64,000 nt of DNA from Bacteroidota bacterium (GCA_043780615.1 JAYWDN010000064.1:3985-67984); one strand, 5' to 3'; shown: positions 18,002-29,008, numbered from the stretch's first letter. The notes: generated by a model not told the origin, from the letters alone. Translations and numbers: made by a program.

Positions 18002-21000
18002 TCAATTTCCCATCATCACAAACGCGCCCCAGTAGTAAGGGTTGGTGTACTTACCTTTTAATTGCAGTTGTGCCTGACGAAAAGCCTCGGCCTTCGTGGC
18101 TCCGCCCATCCAGTTTTGATAGAATGCAGTCATCAATTCTTGGGTGGCCTCGTCATCGACTTTCCACAAACTCATAATGATGGCTTGCGCACCTGCCGAC
18201 TGAAAGGCACGCTGCAAGCCGTACACGCCCTCACCGTTTTGAACTTCACCCTTGCCCGTCTCGCAGGCACTGAGCACCACCAAGTCCGTGTTGTCTAAGT
18301 TGAGGTTGGCCGCTTCGTAGGCCGTGAGGATTCCGTTTTCATCTTCGAGCCGCACATTGTTTTGAATGAAGTTGGAAGCACCACTCAACAAGAGGCCAGA
18401 TCGCAGCAAAGGATTTTGCCGAGCGTACTCCGTTGCCGCCCCCACTTTGAAAGTGGAAGAAGATTCGTTCTCATCAACAAAAAAACCATGCGTGGCAATG
18501 TGCAGCACACGTGGGTAGTCCACGGCCTTCAGTTCTTTTTCGGATGCATTTTCATCTGTAAAATAATTGGTCTGCCAATGATGCGAGGCGAGAATATTTT
18601 TTATTTGAGCAATTTCAGTTTGCGTGCCGGGCAGCTCGGCAATGCCTGTGGCATCGAGTTCGTCTATCGAGGCCGCATCAACATCGCGCTTCTGTTTTTT
18701 TAATTTTTCTTGAATGCGCGCTTTGCCCATAAAATATTTTGGGTAACCAAAGAGTGAGGCGGTGGTGGAGGTAAACCGGCTGGCTCGCTTGCCCTTGAGC
18801 TGCAAGAGATCTTTGGTGTTTGAGAGGATGGTGAGGTTTTTACTTTCCACCAAAAATTTACCATCGGCATCGGCCAAGGTGTTGAGGTTGATTTGGTTGT
18901 ACACGCCATCGAGTGAAAGATAAATGCGCGTTTTGTTTTTGACTACGGCATCAAGCGGAGCCCAAAAATTAGTGTACGAAAGTTGATCGTCTATTTTGGC
19001 AGTGATGGCATTTTTGTAATAGCGGAGTGCGCGGCCTTCCAATAATTTTCCGTTGGGCAACACCACCAACTTGGGGTTTAGTTTTGTTTCGGCAGTCAGC
19101 ACCAAGGCAGCATAAACAACACTGTCGCGCAGGTAGCGGTCGTAGTGACGATAGCGAATAATCTCAATGGCGGCCTCGGTGGGCAACAGTGCGCGCTGCA
19201 CTTCTTTCCAAGTGACGAGCTTGCTCTGCCCGCCTTTGTCTTGCGCCAAATCTTCGGCAGAGATATTTAACTCTTTTTCACTGTTTTTAGAAATCGTCTC
19301 CAACGAATCCACCAATTGTTTTTTGTTTTTTAATTCCGAATCGGAAGACGTGTAGAGCTGCGCCAACTTTTCGCGTGTCTCCATCCAATGGTAATAGTGG
19401 TTTACCATGGCGGTGTCTTTGCTGGTGAGGATACGTTTTTTGATTTTGTTGGAAGCACTCAGCAAGATGGCTTTGGTGGCCAATTGATTGTTGTACATCT
19501 CGCCAAGGATGGCGGGGTTTTGCGGAGCGCGCAACACCGCAAACGTGTTGAAGTATTCAAAATCACTTTTGATGCCTTTCCAAAATTGTGATTTCTCCTC
19601 ATCGCTCATAAAGTAAAAATTTTCGCGCGTGTAGGTCAGTAAGTTTTGAATCACATCCAGCCAATATTTTTCGGCCTTGTCGAGCTTGCCCCAGGCCTGA
19701 TAGAGCGAAGCATAGTTGTCGGTGACGATGGCATACGCCCGAGGGTCTAATTTGACATCTAATTCTTTTCGCAACGCGGCTGCTTTAATCAAAAGGTCTT
19801 CGGTGGCGGCAAAATCTCCTTTGGCAAGTGTGGCTACCGAAAGGTTGTTGAGCGAAGTAGCATAAGGAGCAGATTTTTTAGTGCTATTCAATTCGCGCAT
19901 TTCAAGGCAGTACTTGAAGTGCTTGGCCGCAGCATCAAAGTTTTTTTGATCCAATTCGGCAAGGCCCATCAGGTTGTGCACGTCAAGGATCAAATAATTG
20001 TCGCGCGACAATTCGCCTTCAAAATAAGTGAGCAGGTCATTGCCTAAGTTAATGGCCTGAACGAACTTATCGGAACTGTAATAGGACGACAAAAGATATA
20101 AATTTTTTGTGGCGTAATTAAAATCTTTGCCCGAGCGCCCTTCCACCAACGCGATCACCTCTTTGCGAAGTTTTTCTACGCGATTGAATTGCCCCAGTTT
20201 CTCATAGAAGTCTGCCAGGGCTTCTGCGGCATCGAGATAGGTATAAAAAAAATCTTCTTTGTTGACACCCATGATGGCCACGGCTTGGGTCAAAAATCCT
20301 TCAGCTTCTTTGTTTTTGTTACGTGCCGAAAGAATCTTGCCCAATAGGATAATGTGGCTCGCGTAGGATTTACTGTTCTTGCCATAAGCACTGGCAGCAA
20401 GAATGCTGCTGGACTTGACTGCGAGTGGCTCGGCTTCCGAAAGTTGATTCACATTAAAATAAAAGTTGGCTAAGTCGAAAACAAAGGAGGCGTAGCTAGG
20501 GTGCGTTTCGCCATAAAATTGTTTCGCGGTTTCTGCCGCGAGTTTGTACAAACTTTCTGCTGCCTTTCTTTTTCCAAGATTGAAATTGATGGTGGCGAGC
20601 TTGTAGGTGGTGTTCAGGTAATTATTGGATTGCGTTCCTTCATCAGGGAGAATCAGATCGCGAAACTGAATGTACAAGCCTTCTGCTTTCTGGTACTCGC
20701 CCTGATCAAAATAGCAAGAGGCGAGATTGCGCACAGCAAGAAAATACTGTTGATTATTTTTTCCTACAGATTTTTCGAACCCCGCCATGATCTGCTGAAA
20801 AACTTTAACGGCATCGCTGTAAAGACTGCGCTCGTTGTAATAGTAAGCGAGCGAAATTTGAAAATTGAGATAGGTAATACTTTCGGTGCCAAATGCTTTC
20901 TCTATAATGCCCAACGCTTTCAGCAGTAATCGTTCAGCATTTTCATAATCGGCAAGCTTACGGTAACTGATGGACATATCGCGAAGGAGGTCTGCAGTGG

Positions 21001-24000
21001 TGAACGGGTTTTCGCTCATATTTTTTTCAAAATAGTTGAGTGCTCTTTCGTTGCATTGAATGGATTCTTTATGCTGCCCAAGATCGCGCTTGATGTCAGC
21101 CATTGCATTGAGTGCATCCACATAAATCTTTCCTCGTACAGCGTTGGGCGTGTCTCCCAATGTATTTAGAACCGTATCTAATAGCACTATGCCTTTGTCG
21201 TAGGCAGATTGATCTGTGTAGATCGTTGCCAATACCACCATCGATTGCAAGTAAGGTCGGCTCGTTTCTCCATTGACTTGCTTTGAGAGTGCCAGCCCTT
21301 GCGTATAAAAATCAACAGCCTCGGCAGGCTTGTTCATTTCGTTGTAAAGCAAACCAAGCCCGCACAGCACATCAGAGTACAAGCCGGTATTGGTGTCGCC
21401 AATTTTCTCCAATATTGTTTTGGCTTGAATCCAATCGGTCAATGCCTTTTGATTTTCTGAATTACTTCGATAGACGCCTGCGCGGCCATCAAGCAGATCG
21501 CTGTGGAAACGTGTGTTCAACAGATTGTGTGTCGTGATTACGTTCAGTATTTTGGTGTAAGTCTGCAAGGCACTGTCTAACGCATTTGCGTTGTTGTATT
21601 GATTGGCAAGCGAACTAAGTGTGGTTTGATAATCTAAAAAAGAGGGAATATTATTTTCTTCAGCTAAAAACTGATAATGTTTAAACCACCAGATCGCTTG
21701 AGGCTGGTGACTCAGTGCTTGATTGCAGTAGGCAATGAAGTATGCGCAGGCCATCACCATTTTATTTTTTGCATCGATGGCCCGCATATCGTTCATTAGA
21801 TTTTTAAAAAGGGGGATTGCTTTTTCGTAATTGCCTTGTGCATAGTGAAAGTCTGCTTCTTTTTTGCGTGCGGCCATCACATCAAGTTGATCTTTGCCTT
21901 CGCTTATCTGCCTTTTTATTTCGATTGTAAAGAGGCTGTCAGCTTCGTTCTTCCGCTTGATTTCATACAGCGTGATGCCCTTGTTGTACAAGGCCGTCAG
22001 ATAAAATTCTTTGTCAGTTTCTAACTTGCGTGTGCTTGCCATGAGCGTGTCATAGATAACCAACGATCGCTCGTATTGTTTGATGCCTGAGTAGGCATTG
22101 GCCAAATCATTAAGTGACGACCGATAATTATAGGAAGTTCTGCCTTCGTACTTCTCTACCAATTTGCGATATTCTTGAAACCACGGAAGCGCCTGTTGGG
22201 CTTGGGCTTTTCCGTATAGAAGGATATACCCGTACAGATAAAAAGGCAGCGCGTAACTCTTGTGCTCTTTGGGGTATTCGCGCTTGATCACTTTCTTTTC
22301 CCAACTGACAGCCTCCCATGCTTTGTCAAATTGTTTGCCTTTCACCAAGGCATAAATGCTGTCGCGGATATTGTAGGGCTCTTCTTGCCAATCCAAAAAA
22401 TAGTACTTCGCTTTTTCTTTTTTGCCTTGTGCCGTCCAATAGTTCCACTTGCCTTGGTGCTCATTTTTTACGAGCAGTCCTTGTGCTGTTTTTTTTGCGG
22501 TGAGCGAATCGTAATAATTCCAGATCCCTTCACCAAGGTCATTGGTATTGTTGCCTGCGCTTTTTAGTTGACCGTTGGCGAAGTAATATTTTGTGGGGCC
22601 ATGTTTTTTTCCGTGAAGGCCCGTGCCCTCTGATTTTATTTTTCCGTTGATGAAGTAGTTCACATACGCGCCTTCGAAGAGACCATCGGTATAAAAATAG
22701 TTTGACTCGATTTTTCCGTTATCGTAATACCAAACCCAAGCACCTGTTCGCTTTCCATTTTTGTAAAAACCCCTTGCCTCGGGTTCCCCATTGTAGAAAT
22801 ATGAAATAAATAAACTGTCGCGATTGCCCGCTATGAAAGAGGACTCGTCTTTCAATTTTCCATCGGGATAAAAATTAATAGCCTTTCCTAGCAGCGTGCC
22901 ATTCACCAATATTTCTGTGCCATCGAGTGCGCCCCCTTCAAAATAGTAGCTCCACAATCCGTCTTTATTGCCGCGATTTTTTTTTCCTTTGGCCAACACG
23001 TTCCCGTTATCGTAATAGCTGACAAACGCACCATGAATTGTGTCGCGCTCATACAGGGCAATGGATTCCAGCTTTCCATTGGGCTTGTACATTTTTATTT
23101 CGCCTTCGTAAAGCCCCTTTCGCAGCGCTCCCTCTACTTTGAGTGTGCCGTCTTCGTAATAAAATCTCCAATCGCCAATGTTGGAGCCGTGAAGCATTTC
23201 GCCTTCCGATTTTTTGTTGCCATTGGTAAAGTAGTAAGCCCAGTGGCCTGTCTCTTTTCCGGCACTGTCATACGCCCCCTTTTTCAGTAGCGTCTTGCCG
23301 CCATCATTATACACCGTCCAGTTTCCAAACTGCTTGTCATTTAGATAAGAGCCGGTCTCCTCCAAAACACCCTCTTGATTGTACCATTCCCACGCTCCGT
23401 TTTTCAAATCGTTGGTGTAAAAAGTTTTGCTGTGACGGTTGCCATTTTCATAAAAGGTCAACCATAGCCCATCGATTTTATCTTTTACTTTATATCCCGT
23501 TGATTTTAATTGACCGTTGGCGTGAAACTCCGTCCAGGCCTCACGTTGTTTGCCATGCTTATCAATTTCCAACCAACGGTAGCCTTCTTCTCTATAATAA
23601 TTGAATTTGCCCACGGCCGAGTCTTCCTTCATCATCCCTTGCGACAATAGTTTTCCATTGACCGAGTATTCGGCAAAGGGCCCATCGAATTTTCCCTTCA
23701 CGTAAACGGCTTTGTATTTTACTTTTCCGTTTTCGTGATAGTTGATTCCTTCGACATCGATTACATCGGGGATCATCGACAACAAATATCCTTCCCATTG
23801 TTTTTGTCCCGTGCGGTAGAAGTCGCGCACTTTGCCTGTAGGTATGCCCGCCTCGTAGCGCAACAAGCGATAGTACCGTGCTGAGTCAGGATTTTTTAAT
23901 TCCTTTCGAAAGGCGCTATCAAACAGCAGAGTCCAGTGGCCGGTGCGTCTGCCCTTCTCATCGAGTTTGTTGGGCGAGACCGGAAATTGCGATTGCGAAA

Positions 24001-24046
24001 AAAATGGGAAAAGAAATAGGACAGCGAAAGCACGGAGTAGCTTCAT
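18002..24046 (-). CDS. Secreted MORN-repeat / TPR / CHAT (caspase-like) domain protein, 2014 aa
   Basis: Signal peptide, about 550 aa of MORN/YwqK-like repeats (G.W..YY.NG......G.Y), long TPR region, and a C-terminal CHAT domain with LHIATHG and LSACETG. Confidence 0.9.
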   Translation of the reverse strand: MKLLRAFAVLFLFPFFSQSQFPVSPNKLDEKGRRTGHWTLLFDSAFRKELKNPDSARYYRLLRYEAGIPTGKVRDFYRTGQKQWEGYLLSMIPDVIDVEGINYHENGKVKYKAVYVKGKFDGPFAEYSVNGKLLSQGMMKEDSAVGKFNYYREEGYRWLEIDKHGKQREAWTEFHANGQLKSTGYKVKDKIDGLWLTFYENGNRHSKTFYTNDLKNGAWEWYNQEGVLEETGSYLNDKQFGNWTVYNDGGKTLLKKGAYDSAGKETGHWAYYFTNGNKKSEGEMLHGSNIGDWRFYYEDGTLKVEGALRKGLYEGEIKMYKPNGKLESIALYERDTIHGAFVSYYDNGNVLAKGKKNRGNKDGLWSYYFEGGALDGTEILVNGTLLGKAINFYPDGKLKDESSFIAGNRDSLFISYFYNGEPEARGFYKNGKRTGAWVWYYDNGKIESNYFYTDGLFEGAYVNYFINGKIKSEGTGLHGKKHGPTKYYFANGQLKSAGNNTNDLGEGIWNYYDSLTAKKTAQGLLVKNEHQGKWNYWTAQGKKEKAKYYFLDWQEEPYNIRDSIYALVKGKQFDKAWEAVSWEKKVIKREYPKEHKSYALPFYLYGYILLYGKAQAQQALPWFQEYRKLVEKYEGRTSYNYRSSLNDLANAYSGIKQYERSLVIYDTLMASTRKLETDKEFYLTALYNKGITLYEIKRKNEADSLFTIEIKRQISEGKDQLDVMAARKKEADFHYAQGNYEKAIPLFKNLMNDMRAIDAKNKMVMACAYFIAYCNQALSHQPQAIWWFKHYQFLAEENNIPSFLDYQTTLSSLANQYNNANALDSALQTYTKILNVITTHNLLNTRFHSDLLDGRAGVYRSNSENQKALTDWIQAKTILEKIGDTNTGLYSDVLCGLGLLYNEMNKPAEAVDFYTQGLALSKQVNGETSRPYLQSMVVLATIYTDQSAYDKGIVLLDTVLNTLGDTPNAVRGKIYVDALNAMADIKRDLGQHKESIQCNERALNYFEKNMSENPFTTADLLRDMSISYRKLADYENAERLLLKALGIIEKAFGTESITYLNFQISLAYYYNERSLYSDAVKVFQQIMAGFEKSVGKNNQQYFLAVRNLASCYFDQGEYQKAEGLYIQFRDLILPDEGTQSNNYLNTTYKLATINFNLGKRKAAESLYKLAAETAKQFYGETHPSYASFVFDLANFYFNVNQLSEAEPLAVKSSSILAASAYGKNSKSYASHIILLGKILSARNKNKEAEGFLTQAVAIMGVNKEDFFYTYLDAAEALADFYEKLGQFNRVEKLRKEVIALVEGRSGKDFNYATKNLYLLSSYYSSDKFVQAINLGNDLLTYFEGELSRDNYLILDVHNLMGLAELDQKNFDAAAKHFKYCLEMRELNSTKKSAPYATSLNNLSVATLAKGDFAATEDLLIKAAALRKELDVKLDPRAYAIVTDNYASLYQAWGKLDKAEKYWLDVIQNLLTYTRENFYFMSDEEKSQFWKGIKSDFEYFNTFAVLRAPQNPAILGEMYNNQLATKAILLSASNKIKKRILTSKDTAMVNHYYHWMETREKLAQLYTSSDSELKNKKQLVDSLETISKNSEKELNISAEDLAQDKGGQSKLVTWKEVQRALLPTEAAIEIIRYRHYDRYLRDSVVYAALVLTAETKLNPKLVVLPNGKLLEGRALRYYKNAITAKIDDQLSYTNFWAPLDAVVKNKTRIYLSLDGVYNQINLNTLADADGKFLVESKNLTILSNTKDLLQLKGKRASRFTSTTASLFGYPKYFMGKARIQEKLKKQKRDVDAASIDELDATGIAELPGTQTEIAQIKNILASHHWQTNYFTDENASEKELKAVDYPRVLHIATHGFFVDENESSSTFKVGAATEYARQNPLLRSGLLLSGASNFIQNNVRLEDENGILTAYEAANLNLDNTDLVVLSACETGKGEVQNGEGVYGLQRAFQSAGAQAIIMSLWKVDDEATQELMTAFYQNWMGGATKAEAFRQAQLQLKGKYTNPYYWGAFVMMGN

Positions 24047-24168
24047 GTAGCGTGGGATAGATTACAGAAAGATAAAGTGAAAGAATTTAGCACGTGCAGC
24101 TTTTGTACAAAATGTTTGGAGCGATATTGAAGTGCGGAGTCGATTAGTTCAATTACTTTTACACCACC

Positions 24169-24660
24169 ATGCGCTTTTTTTTTATTTTAATTGTTTTGTT
24201 TGCTTCGTCTTGTGGAGGTTCACTCTCGAGCGAGCAACGAAAAAAAATTCGTGAGAACATGGAAGCCAAGGCCATCAAAAAGATTTCGGATGCCGAACTC
24301 ACCGAAGCTGCGCTGGCGTATGCGCGTCCATTGGCCACATTGATCGAAGCACGTGACAAAGACTTGAGCAACCGTCCTTACTTGGATTCGCTTGAAAAAA
24401 AATTTGGCGTGCAAATACTTGCGATGCAGCCCACCGACTCTATGCTGCGCGGAGTGGAACGGAAGATTATTGAGGCCTACACGTCCACTTTGGGTGCAGG
24501 GGTGGTAAACTTAGGCGACAACCTTCAAAGAATGGGCAACGACTCGCTGCTGTACACCAAGCCGTTGATGAAAGAGCTGCCCGATGGGTCGATCGCTTTT
24601 ACCAAGGCACTTGGTGTGAGGATACCAAAAAAGCAAATCATCTTGTCGATCAAAGACTGA
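24169..24660 (+). CDS. Lipoprotein, DUF3365/Tll0287-like but lacking CxxCH
   Basis: Lipobox FASSC. The segments E.KIIEAY, N.Q..G....LYTKP and ..IPKK resemble my recollection of DUF3365 proteins. No CxxCH motif is present. Confidence 0.5.
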   Translation: MRFFFILIVLFASSCGGSLSSEQRKKIRENMEAKAIKKISDAELTEAALAYARPLATLIEARDKDLSNRPYLDSLEKKFGVQILAMQPTDSMLRGVERKIIEAYTSTLGAGVVNLGDNLQRMGNDSLLYTKPLMKELPDGSIAFTKALGVRIPKKQIILSIKD

Positions 24661-24773
24661 ATATAAGAATCGTCATCACATGAATTTGTGAGTAGTGATC
24701 CTTTGCAATACAAAAAAATAGACGCACTTTTCGGTTTCCATCGATGCCTTTTTAGGATAAATAAAAGGTTAGT

Positions 24774-24802
24774 TTTGCGAGTAAATAATATTTGTAGCTT
24801 TG
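24774..24802 (+). promoter_or_regulatory. Bacteroidota sigma-70 promoter upstream of terC
   Basis: TTTG (24774-24777), 17-nt spacer, TAGCTTTG (24795-24802). Confidence 0.6.
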
Positions 24803-24858
24803 AGTTCTTTTGGTGTCTTTAATATTGGAATTTAGACTTTTTGAACCCTTTTAATTTC

Positions 24859-25878
24859 ATGGGCATACTCCTCTTCTCTTTGTTCAGAAGTAATAGCCAA
24901 ACCGAGACAATTCTTTTTGGGGTATTTGCCACCGTCATCTTTACTTTCTTGATTATCGACTTGGGGGTTTTCAATAAAAGCGCCAAGAAAATCTCAACAA
25001 AGTCTGCGCTCATTCAATCCATCTTTTGGGTCATCGTCAGTTCTATCTTCGGCTACCTCGTTTATTATTTTGATAAAGACGGAGCGGCAAGCGGTAACAG
25101 TTTTGATAAATCCATCGAATTTTTCTCCGCTTACCTTACGGAATACGCCCTCTCGGTCGATAATATTTTTGTGATCCTTTTGATCTTGAAATATTTTTCT
25201 GTCAAAGAAGAATATTATCACAACGTGCTCTTTTGGGGAATCCTTGGAGCGGTGGTTTTTAGAGGTGTTTTCATTTTTGTGGGAGCCTTGCTCATTGGCA
25301 AATTCCATTGGATATTATATGTTTTCGGTGTCTTCTTGATTTATTCGGGCGTCAAAATTTATTTTGAAGACAGCGATGAAAAAATCGATCCCGAAAAAAA
25401 CCCGATCCTAAAACTTTGCCGTAAATATTTGCCCATTACCAAAGATGAAATGGGCGGGAAATTCTTGATTTCTCAAAATGGCAAATGGATGTTCACCCCA
25501 CTTTTTTTAGTTATCGTATTGATCGAGACTACGGATTTGATTTTTGCAGTGGATTCAATTCCGGCTGCCTTCGCCATCACTCAAAATGAATTCTTGATTT
25601 ACACGTCCAATATTTTTGCTGTGATGGGCTTGCGAGCCATGTTCTTTTTGTTGGCAGGCATCATCGACAAGTTTTATTTGCTGCAAAAAGGACTGTCGAT
25701 CATCTTGTTTTTCATCGGTGCCAAAATGCTGTTGGAGATTGTTCCTATTGAATTGAGCCCAACCCTTTCGTTCACCGTGATCATTGTCACACTCACGCTC
25801 TCCATTATTTTTTCGGTGGTCATCCCCAACAAAGACAAGGATGAAGAAAGCCAAGAAGCAGAGGAAGTGAAAAGTTAG
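24859..25878 (+). CDS. TerC/Alx family metal-homeostasis membrane protein
   Basis: EYALSVDNIFV, VLFWGILGAVVFR and ETTDLIFAVDSIPA motifs. An alternative TTG start lies at 24841. Confidence 0.92.
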   Translation: MGILLFSLFRSNSQTETILFGVFATVIFTFLIIDLGVFNKSAKKISTKSALIQSIFWVIVSSIFGYLVYYFDKDGAASGNSFDKSIEFFSAYLTEYALSVDNIFVILLILKYFSVKEEYYHNVLFWGILGAVVFRGVFIFVGALLIGKFHWILYVFGVFLIYSGVKIYFEDSDEKIDPEKNPILKLCRKYLPITKDEMGGKFLISQNGKWMFTPLFLVIVLIETTDLIFAVDSIPAAFAITQNEFLIYTSNIFAVMGLRAMFFLLAGIIDKFYLLQKGLSIILFFIGAKMLLEIVPIELSPTLSFTVIIVTLTLSIIFSVVIPNKDKDEESQEAEEVKS

Positions 25879-27143
25879 CGCGTATTCAACTCGGCAAAAA
25901 AATTAGCGGGTAATATTTTTAGGAGCATAGGCAGCGTGAGGAACCGTTGCGGCAAAGAGATAATCACCAGTGTTGGGATCGTCTTTAGCACGGCAATCAA
26001 GAGTTGCTTCATCCGTATTTTTTCTTCTTCGGTAAGTTCGTTGGCTTTCGATTTTTTCAACAACGGCATCAGTTCGTCACTTTCTTGTACCTCCTTCATC
26101 AAACGGTTTTTGTTGTTGTCGGTGATGCGTGCCAGCCGCTTTACAAATTGCTCACTTACTTGATTATAGTCTTGTTTGTTTTGCAAATAGTCAAGGTCTT
26201 TCCAATGTTCTAACACGAATCCTTCAATGGCCATCATGCTGTTCTCAAGGTCATCTTCGCTAAAGCCCATGTAGGCACAGAGCTTAACCAAAAAAGCCTG
26301 CTCGTTGTTTTCTACTTTTTTGTCTGACCAAATGGTGAGGATGGCGATCTCTAAAAAGTATTTTTTCAGTATCCACGAATTGTTGGTGGGCAGGTTTATT
26401 TCTTCGATGTCGATGCCGTCTTCAAAAATTTTGAAAGCTTCTTTTTTGCGCTCGCTGCTCAAGCCGGCACTTTGCAAAAAATATTCTAACAGTTTGCGTT
26501 CTTCGGGCTCGATGGTGGTATTGGCGTGGGCTGCGGCAGCCATTACTTTCACCACCGAAAACCGCAACTCCTCCCTTTCGTACTTAAAGAAATCGGCCAC
26601 GATGCGATCCGCATTGGTGTGGATCCATTGACCAAATATAAAAATGTCGAGGAAGAGCAAACTGTTGTGAAAAAACTGAACCCAAAAATTTTGACTTAGC
26701 TCTTTCGAGTATTCGATCCGCTTGTCTAAGATGCGTTCGGCCAACTCCAACGGAGTTTTTTTTCTGCCAAACAATGTTTTAGCGGACGTGGCCAGTTCTG
26801 GAAAGACATGGTTGTAAAAGTTGCCAATGTTTTCAATGGTTTTCATGATCACCCCCGAGAGTTCGTCAGGGCTTTTGATGGGCTTGTCGTGAAAAAGCAG
26901 CGAACTGCTGATGAGACTTTCGGCCAACAATATTTTCATCCGGTCCTTGGCCGCCCAGGGGCCGTGGCCATTGAGCTCTTCGGCACCAATGGACTGGCCG
27001 TACATCAGCCCCGTGGGTTGGATCACGCGGTATAGCGACTGCTCGGGGTGCGCACCGTTTTTTATTTCCGATGTCAAATCCTTGAGCAACTCCTTGCGGA
27101 ACTCAAGGTACTGCATCAACCAACCTTTTTCTGCGGGCTTCAT
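25875..27143 (-). CDS. TerB-like / LETM1-related protein
   Basis: Central TerB-like pattern (AAAHANTTIEPEERKLL; IWSDKKVENNEQAFL) and a C-terminal LKTIP..VI..LP segment reminiscent of LETM1-related bacterial proteins. Confidence 0.6.
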   Translation of the reverse strand: MKPAEKGWLMQYLEFRKELLKDLTSEIKNGAHPEQSLYRVIQPTGLMYGQSIGAEELNGHGPWAAKDRMKILLAESLISSSLLFHDKPIKSPDELSGVIMKTIENIGNFYNHVFPELATSAKTLFGRKKTPLELAERILDKRIEYSKELSQNFWVQFFHNSLLFLDIFIFGQWIHTNADRIVADFFKYEREELRFSVVKVMAAAAHANTTIEPEERKLLEYFLQSAGLSSERKKEAFKIFEDGIDIEEINLPTNNSWILKKYFLEIAILTIWSDKKVENNEQAFLVKLCAYMGFSEDDLENSMMAIEGFVLEHWKDLDYLQNKQDYNQVSEQFVKRLARITDNNKNRLMKEVQESDELMPLLKKSKANELTEEEKIRMKQLLIAVLKTIPTLVIISLPQRFLTLPMLLKILPANFFAELNTR

Positions 27144-27219
27144 GGCTTAAAAATGACCGAGAAGTTACGCTTTTTTTTGAGGAATGAAAGCAGCAACAAA
27201 AGCAGCACCTATGTCAAGT

Positions 27220-27299
27220 ATCGTCTCCCGCTTTCGGGGACGACACGCTGTATTTTAATTGCGAATAAATGTCACATCGTCCCCAAGGCGGGAGACGAT
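27220..27299. repeat. Inverted REP-like doublet
   Basis: ATCGTCTCCCGCTTTCGGGGACGA (27220-27243) and TCGTCCCCAAGGCGGGAGACGAT (27277-27299) are near reverse complements, and each is itself an imperfect hairpin. Confidence 0.75.
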
Positions 27300-27348
27300 G
27301 TGAGACAGGATAATCAATGGCAGAATTGCAGACGGTTTAATTGCTCAT

Positions 27349-27864
27349 TTACAAATTCATCTTCCGCCACCCCTTGCTTTCAATTTCCTTAAAAGACTCT
27401 TCCACTTTTTTTTGCATTGCGCTTTTGAAGTGGTCTAATTTTTTTGCCAACGCTTTATCGGTGGTGCCTAAAATTTGTGCGGCCAGAATCCCCGCGTTCT
27501 TTGCTCCGTTTAATGCAACAGTTGCCACGGGCACACCCGAAGGCATTTGCAAAATCGACAAGACCGAGTCCCATCCGTCTATGGAGTTGGACGATTTGAT
27601 GGGCACACCAATTACGGGTAACGAGGTGAGCGAGGCCACCATGCCGGGCAAATGTGCTGCACCGCCAGCTCCTGCAATAATAACTTTTAACCCACGGCCA
27701 CGCGCAGCTGACGCATAATCCACCATGCGCTTGGGTGTGCGGTGGGCCGACACTACCGTCAGTTCGAAAGGGATTTTCATTTCATCCAAAAACTCGGCCG
27801 CCTCTTTCATGATTTTTAAATCCGACTGGCTGCCCATGATGATGCCAATGATTGGTTTGCTCAT
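27349..27864 (-). CDS. purE: N5-carboxyaminoimidazole ribonucleotide mutase
   Basis: IMGSQSD, SAHRTP and [15 protein letters not shown]. Confidence 0.96.
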   Translation of the reverse strand: MSKPIIGIIMGSQSDLKIMKEAAEFLDEMKIPFELTVVSAHRTPKRMVDYASAARGRGLKVIIAGAGGAAHLPGMVASLTSLPVIGVPIKSSNSIDGWDSVLSILQMPSGVPVATVALNGAKNAGILAAQILGTTDKALAKKLDHFKSAMQKKVEESFKEIESKGWRKMNL

Positions 27865-29000
27865 GTGGTTATTTTCAATGTTTGCTTTACAAAGTTGGCT
27901 TTCTTTTTCAAATTTTCGATGCTGCTGTCGGTAATGGTCACGTGGCCCATTTTGCGGAAGGGCTTGGTGATTTTTTTTCCATACAAATGCACATGCACGC
28001 CAGTCAGTTTCAAGACTTCCTCTAGGCCATTGTATTTTGCTTGACCAGTGAAACCCACTTCGCCCAGCAGGTTCACCATGGCACTGGGGCGGATGTTGGA
28101 CGTATCGCCCAACGGCAAATTTAAAATGGCGCGGAGGTGCTGTTGGTATTGCGAAGTCACGTTGGCCTCAATGGTTTGATGGCCGCTGTTGTGCGGGCGC
28201 GGGGCAATTTCGTTCACCAAAACTTTTTGATCTTTGGTCACAAACATTTCTACGGCAAGTAGCCCTACCATTTTCAAATCGGTGATTATTTTTTTTGCCA
28301 CTCGATCAGCTTCTTGGGCAACCGCGTCATTTAATTCCGCGGGAGAAAATAAATAGTCAACGAGATTGGCTTCGGGATGAAAAACCATCTCCACCGCAGG
28401 AAAAGTTTTCGTCTCGCCACCTTCGTTGCGCGCCACGATAACGGAGATCTCTTTTTCAAAATCAATTAACTTTTCTAACAGGCCAGGCGCATCAAATGCC
28501 TTGTCCAGATCTTTTTCCGTTCGCAGCAGTTGCACGCCCCGGCCATCGTAGCCTTCGCGGCCGAGTTTGTTCACTGCGGGGAGAAAAGATTTATTCGCGA
28601 TAACATCTTGTTTGTTTTCTGTGAGGATAAAATCTGCGGTGGGGATTTGATGATTGATGTAAAATTTTTTCTGCGAACGCTTATCTTGAATGAGTTCGAT
28701 AACATCAGGCTGAGGGAAGACTTTTTTTCCTTGCCGTACCAATTCTTTCAAGGCGGCCACATTCACATTTTCGATTTCGATGGAGACGAGGTCGCACGAT
28801 TGGCCAAAGTCAACAACCGTTTGAAAGTCGGTAAGGTTTCCGGTTTTGAATTCGGCAATGGAGAAGCACGGTGCAGCGGGGTCTGGATCGAGCACCGAAA
28901 AATTGATATTCCAATCCATCCCCGATTGAATGAGCATGCGGCCGAGTTGGCCTCCACCTAAAATGCCAAGTTTAAATTGCTGATAAAATTTTTGCGACAT
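27861..29000 (-). CDS. purK: N5-carboxyaminoimidazole ribonucleotide synthase
   Basis: [26 protein letters not shown] and RKMGHVT. Confidence 0.96.
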   Translation of the reverse strand: MSQKFYQQFKLGILGGGQLGRMLIQSGMDWNINFSVLDPDPAAPCFSIAEFKTGNLTDFQTVVDFGQSCDLVSIEIENVNVAALKELVRQGKKVFPQPDVIELIQDKRSQKKFYINHQIPTADFILTENKQDVIANKSFLPAVNKLGREGYDGRGVQLLRTEKDLDKAFDAPGLLEKLIDFEKEISVIVARNEGGETKTFPAVEMVFHPEANLVDYLFSPAELNDAVAQEADRVAKKIITDLKMVGLLAVEMFVTKDQKVLVNEIAPRPHNSGHQTIEANVTSQYQQHLRAILNLPLGDTSNIRPSAMVNLLGEVGFTGQAKYNGLEEVLKLTGVHVHLYGKKITKPFRKMGHVTITDSSIENLKKKANFVKQTLKITT

Positions 29001-29008
29001 GGCAGTGA

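Noticed and set aside
24660-24858. yybP-ykoY manganese riboswitch upstream of terC
   Set aside because: No recognisable conserved riboswitch motifs by eye, and the promoter at 24774-24802 leaves only a short leader. A covariance-model search would be needed to exclude it fully.
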